64,000 bases of DNA from Mobula birostris (taxonomy: Eukaryota). Position 1 is the first letter of the stretch. Each line of letters begins with the position of its first letter. The stretch spans positions 179,280,080 to 179,344,079 of the forward strand of contig NC_092376.1 in assembly GCF_030028105.1 (NCBI RefSeq). The letters run 5' to 3'. The translations under genes were made by a program, and so were the position numbers. The notes under the pieces are model-generated. The model had not been told where the DNA came from. It saw only the letters and a program-made list of their open reading frames with translations, and did no database searches. Below, piece by piece: positions 12,324 to 25,036 of the stretch.

Positions 12324-14777
12324 ATGAAAGAAGCAAGCATTCTTTGTGTGCTTAGACATTCAGCGGCATCATCCGTTTTACTCCTTTGTGTGTGGAATAT
12401 GGTTTCCGGGCAGATTCGTTACTCCATCCCTGAAGAACTGGAACGCGGTGCTTTCGTCGGAAAAATCGGAGAAGATCTGGGATTGAGCATAGAGGAGATA
12501 TCAAGACGTAAGTTTAGGATCATATCAGCGGACACAGAACTGTATTTTGATATAAATCGCATGAATGGGATTTTATTTGTGAATGCAAGAATTGACAGGG
12601 AACAGCTGTGTGGACAGAGTGATAGTTGTGTATTGCTCATGGAAGCTTTGGCAGAACAGCCCAATGAGCAGTATCGTGTGGAGGTCTATATTTTAGATAT
12701 CAATGATAATTCTCCAAGTTTTCCGAACAAAGAAATCCGCTTAGAAATTAGAGAATCCGCCGCACTTGGAGTTCGTTTTGCGTTGGAGCGTGCGCAAGAT
12801 GCAGATGGGGTGAATAACTCGGTCCGTACGTATCATCTGACACAGAATGAGCATTTCATTTTAGAGGTAAAAAATCGTGGAAAATGGAAAGTACCAGAAT
12901 TAGTGGTGAATAACATTCTCGACCGAGAAACGCAATCGAGGCACCATTTGTTGCTCACGGCTCTGGACGGCGGATTCCCAAAAAGATCAAGTACCGCTCA
13001 GATAACTATAATTATCCTGGACACGAATGACAATCCTCCTGTTTTCGACAAGTCCTTGTACATTGTTAGCATAAAGGAAAACGTGCCATCGGATACTTTA
13101 CTGATTCAGCTAAACGCAACTGATTTGGACGTGGATAAGAATGCGGAGATCATTTATTCTTTCAGCAGTTACAATGAGCCAAGAGTAACTGAGATTTTTG
13201 CGATTAATTCCAAAACCGGAGCGATACATCTAAAGGAAAGTTTAGATTTCGAGGAAGCGAATGTGTATGATATTGATGTTGAGGCTAAAGATGGATATAT
13301 ACCGCCATTAATGTCACACTGCAACGTGCGGGTGGAAATCGGAGATGTCAACGACAATGCTCCCGACTTAACTATAAATTCGGATTCCAGTATAGTCAGT
13401 GAAAATGTTCCGAGTGGTACTTTGATCGCGTTGATCAGCGTGACAGACAAGGATTCCAACGAAAATGGATATGCTGACTGTTCTATCTCACCCAAACTTC
13501 CGTTTGACCTCAAATCATCCTTCAGTAATTCTTATAGACTCATAACAAATACAGCACTAGACCGTGAAAGTGCACCTCAATACAAAATAATGGTGACTTG
13601 CAAGGACCGGGGAAGCCCGCCATTATTTACTAACCGGACAATTGTGGTAAATATCTCAGATATAAATGATAATGCCCCACGCTTTACGCAGCCTACATAC
13701 ACGGCGTATGTAATGGAAAACAATGTACCTGGCAGTTATATTGGATCAGTGACAGCTCTGGATCTAGATATTGGCCGAAATGCTCAGTTGTCTTACTCTA
13801 TTGTGGAAAACGACCTTCAATCAGTGCCGGCATCTTCATATCTCTATATCAACTCAAACAATGGCAGCATTTACTCGAAAAGGACATTTGATTATGAGCA
13901 AATCAAAAGTATTCAATTTCAAGTTCGAGCGCAGGATGCTGGATTACCATTACTTTCCAGCACCGTTGTTGTTCAAGTGGTTGTTTTGGATCAGAATGAT
14001 AATCCACCGACCATAATGTCCTGGAAAACGACGCGCAGTGGTACTTTACATGTGCCCCGATCTGCAGATCCAGGATATCTGGTAACGAGGATCATTGCTT
14101 CCGATGCAGATTCTGGCAAGAATGCTCAACTTTCCTTTCAGCTGAAACAAAACAGTATTCCAGGACTTTTTATAATTTCACATAATTCAGGAGAAATAAA
14201 GAGTGTTCGTAGATTCAAAGATAGCGACGCTACCAAGCAAGAACTAATTATCCACGTGAAAGACAATGGCTACCCAGCTCTTTCTGCCTCTACTACCTTA
14301 ACATTGACAGCAACTGAACAACAGATAACCTATGAACCCGATTTTAAGGAACCACGCCAAGATTTAAAAGAAACTCGGAAATTAAGTTTTTATTTAATAA
14401 TTTCTTTGGGAACAACATCTTTTATTCTGCTACTGGTTATCATTGTCTTGGTTATCGCAATTTGCCCACTGGGCAGTAGTGCTGCTTCCGGAGTTGTTTG
14501 TTCCTTTGCTGACTTTTGCTGCACCAAAGAATTGGAATGTCAGCATTCCACTGTCAATCTTCACGTTACACCAGATTTCCACATACTTCCCAGTGTGCTT
14601 GAGGTTCACGGAAAAGGATCACTTACAGACACCTACCGTTATAAAGTTAGATCAGCACCTGAATCATCCGACATGTACTTCGCACCATACAGTCCAGAAA
14701 TGGCAAGAATTGTTGGAAAGGAAACTGCTTACATGTCGCAGGAATATCCAATGGCGAGGAGGGTCTGTTCAGATCAG
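12324..14777 (+). CDS. Clustered protocadherin variable exon 1 (SP, EC1-6, TM, variable cytoplasmic domain)
   Basis: First ATG at 12324 (the ORF track starts at TTG 12297). QIRYSIPEE, EC1 C-x5-C (REQLCGQSDSC), repeated DxNDN/LDRE motifs, TM. Phase-0 donor CAG|GTAAGT at 14777/14778; the unspliced frame stops at 14801. Confidence 0.95.
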
Positions 14778-16854
14778 GTAAGTAATGTCAACATGACGTA
14801 AAATATCAATGTTGAAACAAAAAAAAATGCGCAAACGGGTAGTTGAGCTTCCACGCATTGACCCATTGCCTTGTACATCTGCCATTTTGTATTATTTTAT
14901 ATATTTGTCGCATTTAAGAATTCTTGAGCGAATCCCTAAATAACATTCTTTGCAGACTGTTATGATCCGTTGATTAAACAAATGCACTAGAGAAGATGAT
15001 ATCGTTCCTGATCCTTTCTGTTTAATATCGACTTGACAGAAAATGCTTTTGTTCATCGCGGTTTTAGAGTAATACGGTCGAATACAGTAGTCGATCATGG
15101 CAGTGAAGTATAATATTTCTGAAGTTACTGATTTAGTATTTAAGAGCATCAACCGAAAGCATGCAGTGAAACAGGCAATCTTTTCGATATTTACGGTATA
15201 TTTCCTCGTTGAGTAAATATTTGAACTTCTCGTTCTTGTTATTCATTTTCCATTCGAGCCAATTTGGAACTTTCTGCAATAGCTTTCCCTGTGTTATCAG
15301 CAATTTCGTACATCAACGGGGTTAATGAATAAGCAGAGACAGGCAAGATAGATGTTTATAGTTTGACAAAACTACTTCGCCAAGAGGTGCAATAAACATA
15401 TGGCATATTGGCCTTCATAAATCAAAGCAATGAGTGCAAGGATGGGATGTTATGTTGAAATTTCATAAGATGATGAGACCTACTTTGGGGTATTGTGTCA
15501 TAAACACAAGAGAATCTGCAGATGCTGGAAATCTTGGAGTATTGTGGAGAGTTTTGGTCACCTACCTAAAGATATTAATAAGGTTGAAAAAGTACCGATT
15601 AAATTGGCATGGATGTCGACGGGACTGGAAAATCTGAGTTATTAAGAATGACTGAATAGTTCAAGACTTTATTTCTTCCATACCCATGTAGCTATTTTTA
15701 TATAGCGCTTTATACGATTGTTCTTAAGGTTATGTTTATTGTGCTCTTTTTTTTTTGTTTTCTTGTTATTTTTATTTTGCTCTCTGTGTTTGCTTTTATA
15801 CTGCATTGGAGTCGGAGTAAAAATCACTTCGCTCTCCTTTACACTCAGGTACTGAAGAATGGCAATCAACAATCTTAAATCTTAAATTTTGTACTTTGAA
15901 ATCTAGTGTCTAGTTTAAATTGTACTACAGAACCAACAAAGTTATGGTGCCTCTGAACTTGAATCTGTAGCAGCCGGTGTACCTATATTGCAGTTTTAAC
16001 AGTATTTGATATGCACCGTCAAGCTAGCAATAAATGATGCTTTCCTAACATCTCTGATATGTATAGTTCTCAAAGAGCAGATAAAAAAAAATATATAAGT
16101 TAGAACGACAATAGACTATAGACAGCAGAGAGCAAGTAGACTTTCACTAATAGCTATTAGGGACATTCCAGTCATTCCTGCCAGCATTTAATTGGAATTT
16201 AATTACAGAAATATTATCAATTAGTACCTCCCCGATTTTATTCATAAAATGCACAAAAGACGTCTCTTGCTTCCTTTACGTCCAGTTTTATTTTGTCAAC
16301 AATCGTGGTAAGATTGTGTCTTGTTCGGCATTGCATCATTCAAAGAGGCACTTAACTACGGTAAAAAAAAATGTTGCAATTAATGACAGAATTAAATGTA
16401 AAGTATTTTAAAAGTCTAGATAGCGACTACTCTTACAAACTAGGGAAATACCTGCCTCCTTGTTCAGAATGAGCATTGACTGAAGTTGCTGGAAATATTA
16501 ACATCGGTATGTTTATTGCTCATGTGCACGAGGAAATGCAAGTATAAGCTTTTATTTTGTTTTCAACGCATTGTCTAATTCAGAGCCAGGAACTTAGACA
16601 AATATTTTGCATCTGTGGGATTCAATATTCATTCTTAAATAATCGAAAAGATTTCAAATACAAAGTTTCCAATGAGGTACATTTGTTTCGCAGAAAAAGA
16701 AAATATGATGTAATGCAGATCAATATGATAGTGGTTAGTAAATACGCAAGAATTTTACATTTTGAATTTTATTTTATGCATCCTAAGAAGGAGAATTATA
16801 GCATTTATATAAGGTCTGCTTCTTAATTTAAACAGGGCTATTTCTAAAACCCTG

Positions 16855-19465
16855 ATACTTCATACTTTATACTTTATTGTCGCCAAACAATTGGTTCTAG
16901 AACGTACAATCATCACAGCGATATTTGATTCTGCGCTTCAGACTCCCTGGATTACAAATATTAAATATTAAAAATATGAAAGATAGTTAAAATTAGTACA
17001 TATTAAAAATTTAAATTTCAAAATGATAAATAGAAAATAGAAAAATTGGAAGTAAGGTAGTGCAAAAACAACCGAGAGGCAGGTCCGAATATTTGGAGGG
17101 TACGGCCCAGATCCGGGTCAGGATCCGTTCAGCAGTCTTATCACAGTTGGAAAGAAGCTATTCCCAAATCTGGCCGTATGAGTCTTCAAGCTTCTGAACC
17201 TTCTTCCGGAGGGAAGAGGAACGAGAGGTGTGTTGGCTGGGTGGGTCGTGTCTTTGATTATCCTGGCAGCACTGCTCCGACAGTTTATGGAGTAAAGTGA
17301 GTCCACGGACGGAAGTTTGGTTTGTGTGATGTGATGCACCGTGTTCACGATCTCCTGCAGCTTCTTTCAGTCTTGGACAGGACAACTTCCATACCAGGTT
17401 GTGATACACCCTAGAAGAATGCTTTCTACGGTGCACATATAAAAATTAGTGAGGGTTTTAGGGGACAGGCCAAATTTCTTTAGTTTTCTCAGGAAGTAAA
17501 GGCGCTGGTGGGCCTTCTTGGCAGTGAACTCTGCTTGGTTGGACCAAGTCAGGTCATTTGTGATATTGACCCTAAGGAAATTAAAGCTTTTGACCTGTTC
17601 CACTTGCGCACCACCGATGTAAATTGGGTCGTGTGGTCCGCTACTCCTTCTGAAGTCAACAACCAATTCCTTCGTCTTGCTGACGTTGAGGGATAAGTTA
17701 TTGTCTTCGCACCATGCTACCAGGTTCTTAATTTCCTCTCTGTACACAAACTCATCATTACCTGAGATACGGCCTACAATTGTTGTGTCATCAGCAAACT
17801 TATATATTGAGTTCGATGGAAACTTTGCTACATAATCATGGGTGTACAGTGAGTACAGCAGGGGGCTGAGTACACAGCCTTCTGGAGCACCGGTGCTCAG
17901 AGTGATTGTAGAGGAGAGCTTGTGCCCTATTTTCACAGCCTTGGTCCTGTCTGTGAGGAAGTTGAAGATCCAGCTGCGGATCTGTGTGCTAAGGCCCAGG
18001 TTCCGGAGCTTAGGAATCAGTTTATTTGGAATGATGGTATTAAAGGCAGAGCTGTAGTCAATGAAAAGAAGCCTTACGTATGCGTCTTTATTCTCCAGGT
18101 GTTCTAAGGAAGAATGTAGGGCCAGAGAGATGGCATCTGCCGTTGACTTGTTGCTCCGGTAGGCGAATTACAAAGCGTCGAGGTTGACCGGTAGGCTGTG
18201 GTTGATGTGTGCCATAACCAATGTCTCGAAGCACTTCATAGCAATTTATGTCAGAGCCACAGGTCGATAGTCATTCAGGCATGCCACCTTGCTCTTCTTC
18301 AGCACTGTTTATCGTTGCCTTCTTAAAACACGAGGGGATCCTAGACTGCAGCAAGGAGCAGTTGAAGATGTCAGGAAACACTCCAGCTCGCTCGCTTGCA
18401 CAAGCCCGGAGAACCCGTCCCGGGACGCCATCTAGGCCCATCGACTTCCTTGGATTTATCTTCAGGAAGGCCCTTCTAATGTCCTCCTTGGTGACGATGA
18501 ATCTCGATGCCACCAGGTCCGGTTCATCCGAAGGTAGCGGGACGCTCCTCTTCTGTTCAAATCTTGCGTAGAATACGTTAAGTTCGTCAGGTAGAGAAGC
18601 GCCACAGTTATTGATATTCCCAGCCTTTTCTTTGCGCCCAGTGATCTCATTTAGACCCTGCCATAGTCTACTGGCATCCCTGTGGTTAGCCTGGGCTAGT
18701 CTACTGGCATCCCTGTGGTTAGCCTGGGCTTCCAACTTGGCCTCTTGGCGCCCTTAATGGCTTTCCGGAGTTCACGACTGGATTCCGTGTAGCGACTGGT
18801 ATCCCCGGAACTGAAAGCAGCAGCTCTAGCCTTTAAAAGGGATTTGACCTCATAATTCATCCAAGGTTTCTGGTTAGGGAATACCCGGACCGACTTGCGA
18901 GACACACAGTCTTCCGTGCATTTCCAAATAAAGTCCGTGACAGCTGAGGCATACTCGTCGAGGTTAGCTGCCGAGTACTTGAATACTAACCAGTCCACCA
19001 AATCAAAGCAGTCACTGAGGACCTCATCCGTTTCCTCCATCCAACGCAACACTACTTTTGACACCGTGACCTCCCGCTTCAGTTTCTGTTTGTAAGCCGA
19101 GAGGAGGAGTACGGCCTGATGGTCCGATTTTCCGAAGTGAGGTCGCGTGGGACGGAATGGTAGGCATCCTTGACTGTTGTGTAGCAGTGGTCAAGTATAT
19201 TCGGGCCTCTCGTGGGGCAGAAGGCATGTTGGTATAACTTTGGCAGCGCCTTTCTGAGGTTGGCCTGGTTAAAGACCCCGGCTGTAATGAGCAAAGCCTC
19301 CGGATAACTAGTCTCAAGTTCACTGATGTTGGCATACAGTATGTTCAGAGCACACTCCACGTCCGCCTGGGGGAGCAATGTAGACCGCTGTCAGTATGAC
19401 CGAGGTGAATTCCCGTGGCAGGTAGTACGGACGACACTTCACCGACGGGTGTTCCAGGATATAGG
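16855..19465 (-). mobile_element. Rex1/Babar-type non-LTR retrotransposon, 5'-truncated and frameshifted
   Basis: Minus ORFs: APE-like (CPTRGPNILDHCYT), NQKPWMN, RT ([29 protein letters not shown]), [22 protein letters not shown]. Confidence 0.9.
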
Positions 19466-19804
19466 ATATCAACCCGAAATGTCCATAATTTCTTTGTCGC
19501 ACGGATGCTGCTCGAAGCAGTGAGTTTTCCCGGTATTTTCTTTTAAATTATTCCAACTACAGTTAATACCTAATAATGTCACTTAGAAATCATTGTGTAT
19601 TTAAGTACTTGCAATTGTCTCATGCTTGTATCTTAATGAAATTAATGCAATACTGAAAAGGCTGCAATGGCCCAGGGATAGTTGCCAAATTAATTCGTAG
19701 CGGAATCTAAGGAGGTCCAATATTAGGAATACAATAGATGAAGGACTACACAATAATATTTCTGCTATTTCGATCCAATAAGTATCCATCAGTGATTACC
19801 TGAA

Positions 19805-21735
19805 CCATAAAACCATAGAAACTACAGCACAGAAACAGGCCTTTTGGCCCTTCTTGGCTGTGCCGAACCATTTTCTGCCTAGTCCCACTGACCTGCACAC
19901 GGACCATATCCCTCCATACACATCCCATCCATGTATCTGTCCAATTTATTCTTAAATGTTAAAAAAGAACCCGCATTTACCACCTCGTCTGGCAGCTCAT
20001 TCCATACTCCCACCACTCTCTGTGTGAAGAAGCCCCCCCTAATGTTCCCTTTAAACTTCCCCCCCCCCCTCACACTTAACCCATGTCCTCTGGTTTTTTT
20101 CTCCCCTTGCCTCAGTGGAAAAAGCCTGCTTGCATTCACTCTATCTATACCCATCATAATTTTATGTACCTCTATCAAATCTCCCCTCATTTTTCTACGC
20201 TTCAGGGAATAAAATCCTAACCTATTCAACCTTTCTCTGTAACTGAGTTTCTCAAGTCCCGGCAACATCCTTGTAAACCTTCTCTGCACTCTTTCAACCT
20301 TATTTATATCCTTCCTGTAATTTGGTGACCAAAACTGAACACAATACTCCAGATTCGGCCTCACCAATGCCTTATACAACCTCATCATAACATTCCAGCT
20401 CTTATACACAATACTTCAATTAATAAAGGCCAATGTACCAAAAGCTCTCTTTACGACCCCATCTACCTGTGACGACACTTTTAGGGAATTTTCTATCTGT
20501 ATTCCCAGATCCCTCTGTTCCACTGCACTCCTCAGTGCCTTACCATTAACCTTGTATGTTCTACGTTGGTTTGTCCTTCCAACGTGCAATACCACACACT
20601 TGTCTGTATTAAACTCCATCTACCATTTTTCAGCCCATTTTTCCAGCTGGTCCAAGTCCCTCTGCAGGCTCTGAAAACCTTCCTCACTGTCTACTACACC
20701 TCCAATCTTTGTATCATCAGCAAATTTGCTGATCCAATTTACCACATTACCATCCAGATCATTGATATAGATGACAAATAACAATGGACCCAGCACTGAT
20801 CCCTATGGCACACCACTAGTCACAGGCCTCCACTCAGAGAAGCAATTCTCTACCACCACTCTCTGGCTGCTTCCATCGAGCCAATGTCTAATCCAATTTA
20901 CCACCTCTCCATGTATACCTAGCGACTGAATTTTCCTAACTAACCTCCCATGCGGGACCTTGTCAAAGGCCTTACTGAAGTCCATGTAGACAATATCTAC
21001 TGCCTTCCCTTCATCCACTTTCCTGGTAACCTCCTCGAAAAACTCCAACAGATTGGTCAAACATGACCTACCACGCACAAAGCCATGTTGACTCTCCCTA
21101 ATAAGTCCCTGTCTATCCAAATGCTTGTAGATTCTGTCTCTTCGTACTCCCTCCAATAATTTACCTACTACTGACGTTAAACTCACCGGCCTATAATTTC
21201 CCGGATTACTTTTCGATCCTTTTTTAAACAACGAAACAACATGAGCCACTCTCCAATCCTCCGGCACTTCACCTGTAGACAGCGACATTTTAAATATTTC
21301 TGCTATGGCCCCCGCAATTTCAACACTAGTCTCCTTCAAGGTCCGAAGGAACACTCTGTCAGGTCCCGGGGATTTATCCACTTTAATTTTCCTCAAGACA
21401 GCAAGCACCTCCTCCTTTTCAATCTGTACAGTTTCCATGGTCTCACTACTTGATTCCCTCAATTCCATAGATTTCATGCCAGCTTCCTTAGTAAATACAG
21501 ACGCAAAAAACCTATTTAAGATCTTCCCCCATTTCCTTTGGTTCCGCACAAAGCCGACCACTCTGATCTTCAAGAGGACCAATTTTATCCCTTACAATCC
21601 TTTTGCTCTTAATATACTTGTAAGAGCTCTTTGGATTATCCTTCACTTTGACTGCCAAGGCAACCTCATGTCTTCTTTTAGCCCTCCTGATTTCTTTCTT
21701 AAGTATTTTCTTGCACTTCTTATACTCCTCAAGCA
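19805..21735 (-). mobile_element. Young 5'-truncated CR1 LINE (RT and 3' end)
   Basis: Minus ORFs 19879-20409, 20416-20619, 20803-21582 and 21512-21736 carry CR1 RT motifs (NYRPVSLTS, QHGF, DFSKAFDKV, RPNLEYCVQFWSP). Same subfamily as 36670-38597. Confidence 0.95.
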
Positions 21736-22312
21736 TTAAAAGTTAAAAGTCATCAGTGAAATATAATCTGCTATTCTGTCATCAGTTGTCATCTCAAGGA
21801 TTTGCCATCTCTTATGTCTCTATATTGCAATGGAAAATCATGTAAATTACTTTGTTTAATATTCTTGTAAGATACAAAATTCAACAAAGCTGGGATCATT
21901 GCATTAAGTATCCTTCCAGATCAAGAACCAAAGCAGCAAATATAGTGACAAGAATAAACAAATCGAAGACCAGAGCAAACGTGAGAAAAAAATACTCCTC
22001 AAAAAACTGCACAACAATGGCAACTGCGTGTTTTATGCCAGAGGGAAAACGGGTTATTTTACTTACGAATTTAAGGGACATTCTATTATCTTTCATTAGA
22101 CCTGCAAAAGACTTAAAACATCATTTTAATTATTATTTGTAAATTATAGTAAGTATAACATCATTTTGAATTTTGCTTATCCCTTGTCAGTCAGATAAAT
22201 GCAGGTCAGAATGAAAAACACATTCAAGAATTACTTCTATAACTCGTACAGAGTTTTAACAGATTTGCATGACTTGTTTTAGCTTTTTTTTTCAATTTTA
22301 TGGTTTGTTAAT

Positions 22313-22435
22313 ATTCTCAGTGCAGTTATGGGCTGAGACTCTTTGTGTCGCTGTCTACCAATAAGGAGGTGAAATGCAGCTGGGGATCCACCGCCCATCC
22401 CCCAATGCTCGGGAAAAGAAGCTGAATAATGGCGG
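22313..22435 (+). promoter_or_regulatory. cPcdh promoter 2 (CSE, CGCT 22349)
   Basis: Invariant 43-mer at 22331-22373 within the conserved block. Confidence 0.9.
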
Positions 22436-22582
22436 CGAGTGCACGAACGCAGAAGGCCAGCTTTGCAAATTATTTTCAATTTTCAGCATATTTCGAACAT
22501 TGACTACTGCCTTTCGGAAGTGCACCAGAATTTCATCAACTAGAACAGGTTCTGAGGTTTGAAAATCCACCCTGCATTTGAA

Positions 22583-25036
22583 ATGGCAGGGACAGACATT
22601 CTTCGTGTGCTTAGACATTCAGCGACACCATCCGTCTTTCTGCTTTGTTTGTGGAATATGGTTTTCGGGCAGATTCGTTACTCCATTCCTGAAGAACTGG
22701 AACGCGGTGCTTTCGTCGGAAAAATCGGAAAAGATCTGGGACTGAGCGTAGAGGAGCTATCAAGACGTAAGTTTAGAATCGTATCGGTCGGTACAAAACA
22801 ATATCTGGATGTAAATCCTATGAATGGGATTTTATTTGTGAATGCAAGAATTGACAGGGAACAGCTATGTGGACAGAGTGATAGTTGTACATTACTCATG
22901 GAGGCTTTAGCTGAAAATCCCGTGGAACTGTATCGTGTGGAGATCGAAATTTTAGATATAAATGATAATTCTCCAAGCTTTCCGAACAAAGAAATTCACT
23001 TAGAAATTACAGAAACGGCTACTCGTGGAGTTCGTTTTCTGTTGGAGCGTGCACATGACGCAGATGCGGTAAATAATTCAGTCTCTACGTATCATCTTAC
23101 GCCAAATAAGCATTTTGTTTTAGATATACGAAATCGTGGAAAATGGAAAGTTCCCGAACTAGTAGTGGACAACATTCTTGACCGAGAAACGCAATCGAGG
23201 CACAACTTGTTACTTACAGCTCTGGACGGCGGATACCCAGAGAGATCAGGTTCCGCTCATGTGACTATTATTATCTTGGACACGAATGACAATCCTCCCG
23301 TTTTCGACAATTTATTGTACACAGTTAGCGTAAAGGAAGACGTGCCACCGGATACTTTACTGATTGAGCTAAAAGCAACTGATTTGGACGTGGGAAAAAA
23401 TGCAGAAATTATTTATTCTTTCAGCAATTACAATGAACCAAGTATAACTGAAATATTTGCGATTAATCCAGCAACCGGAGCAATACATCTGAAAGAAGGT
23501 TTGGATTTCGAGGAAGCAAATGTGTATGAGTTTGATGTTGAGGCCAAAGATGGAAACGTGCCACCACTAATGTCACACTGCAGCGTGCAGGTGCAAATCA
23601 CAGACGTCAATGACAATGCTCCCAATTTGACTATAACTTCGGTTTCCAGTACAGTCAGTGAAGATATTCCGAGTGGAACTTTGATCGCGTTGATCAGCGT
23701 GACGGACAAGGATTCCAATGACAATGGGTATGCCGACTGTTCTATTTCGCCTACTCTCCCTTTTGATCTAAAATTCTCCTTTCGTAATTCTTATAGACTC
23801 ATAACAAGTACAGCACTAGACCGTGAAAGTGCACCTCAACACAAAATAATGGTGACTTGCAAAGACCGAGGAATCCCACCATTACTTACCAACTGGACAA
23901 TTGTGGTAAATATCTCAGATATAAATGATAATATCCCACGCTTTATGCAGCCTACCTACACGGCCTACGTGACGGAAAACAATTTACCTGGCAGTTATAT
24001 TGGATCAGTGACAGCTCTGGATCTCGATATTGGCCGAAATGCTCAGTTGTCTTACTGCATTGTAGAGAACGACCTTCAGTCAGGGCCGGCATCTTTATAT
24101 CTCTATATCAACTCTAACAATGGCAGCATTTACTCGAAAAGGTCATTTGATTATGAGCAAATCAAAAGTATTCAATTTCAAGTTCGAGCGCAGGATGCCG
24201 GATTACCATCACTTTCCAGCACCGTTGTTGTTCAAGTGATTGTCTTGGATCAGAACGATAATCCGCCAACCATAATATCCTGGAAAACGACGCGCAATAG
24301 TACTTTACATGTGCCCCGATCTGCAGATCCAGGATATCTGGTAACGAGGATCATTGCTTCCGATGCAGATTCTGGTAAGAACGCTCAACTTTCCTTTCAA
24401 ATGAAACAGACCAGTAATCCAGGTCTTTTTATAATTTCACATAGTTCAGGAGAAATAAAGAGTGTTCGGAGATTCAAAGATAGTGACGCCACCACACAAG
24501 AATTAATTGTCCAGGTGAAAGACAACGGTTACCCCGCTCTTTCTGCCTCGACTACCTTAACTTTGACAGCAATAGAGCAACATTTAACATATCAGCCCGA
24601 TTTTAAGGAACCACGCCAAGATCTAAAAGGAACTCAGAAGTTAAGTTTTTATTTAATAATTTCTTTGGGAGCAACATCTTTTGTTCTGCTGCTGGTTATC
24701 ATCGTCTTGGTTATCGCAATTTGCCCACTGGGCAGCAGCGCTGTTTCGGGCGGTGTTTGCCGCTTTGCTGACGGCTGCTGTATCAGAGAGTTGGAATGCC
24801 AGCATTCGAATGTCAACCCTCACGTTACGCCGGATTTCCACGTTCTCCCGAGTGTGCTTGAGGTTCACGGCAAAGTATCCCTTACAGACACATACCGTTA
24901 TAAAGTTCGGTCAGCCCCTGAATCATACGACTTCTTCTTCACCCCATACAGTCCAGAGATGGCAAGTATTGCTGGAAATAAACCCGGATTACTGTTGCAG
25001 GAGCCTCCAGTGGAGAGGAAGCTCTGCTTAGATCGG
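22583..25036 (+). CDS. Clustered protocadherin variable exon 2
   Basis: ATG at 22583 (the ORF track starts at TTG 22559). Six cadherin repeats and TM. Phase-0 donor CGG|GTGAGT at 25036/25037; unspliced stop at 25108. Closest paralogue of exon 1. Confidence 0.95.
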
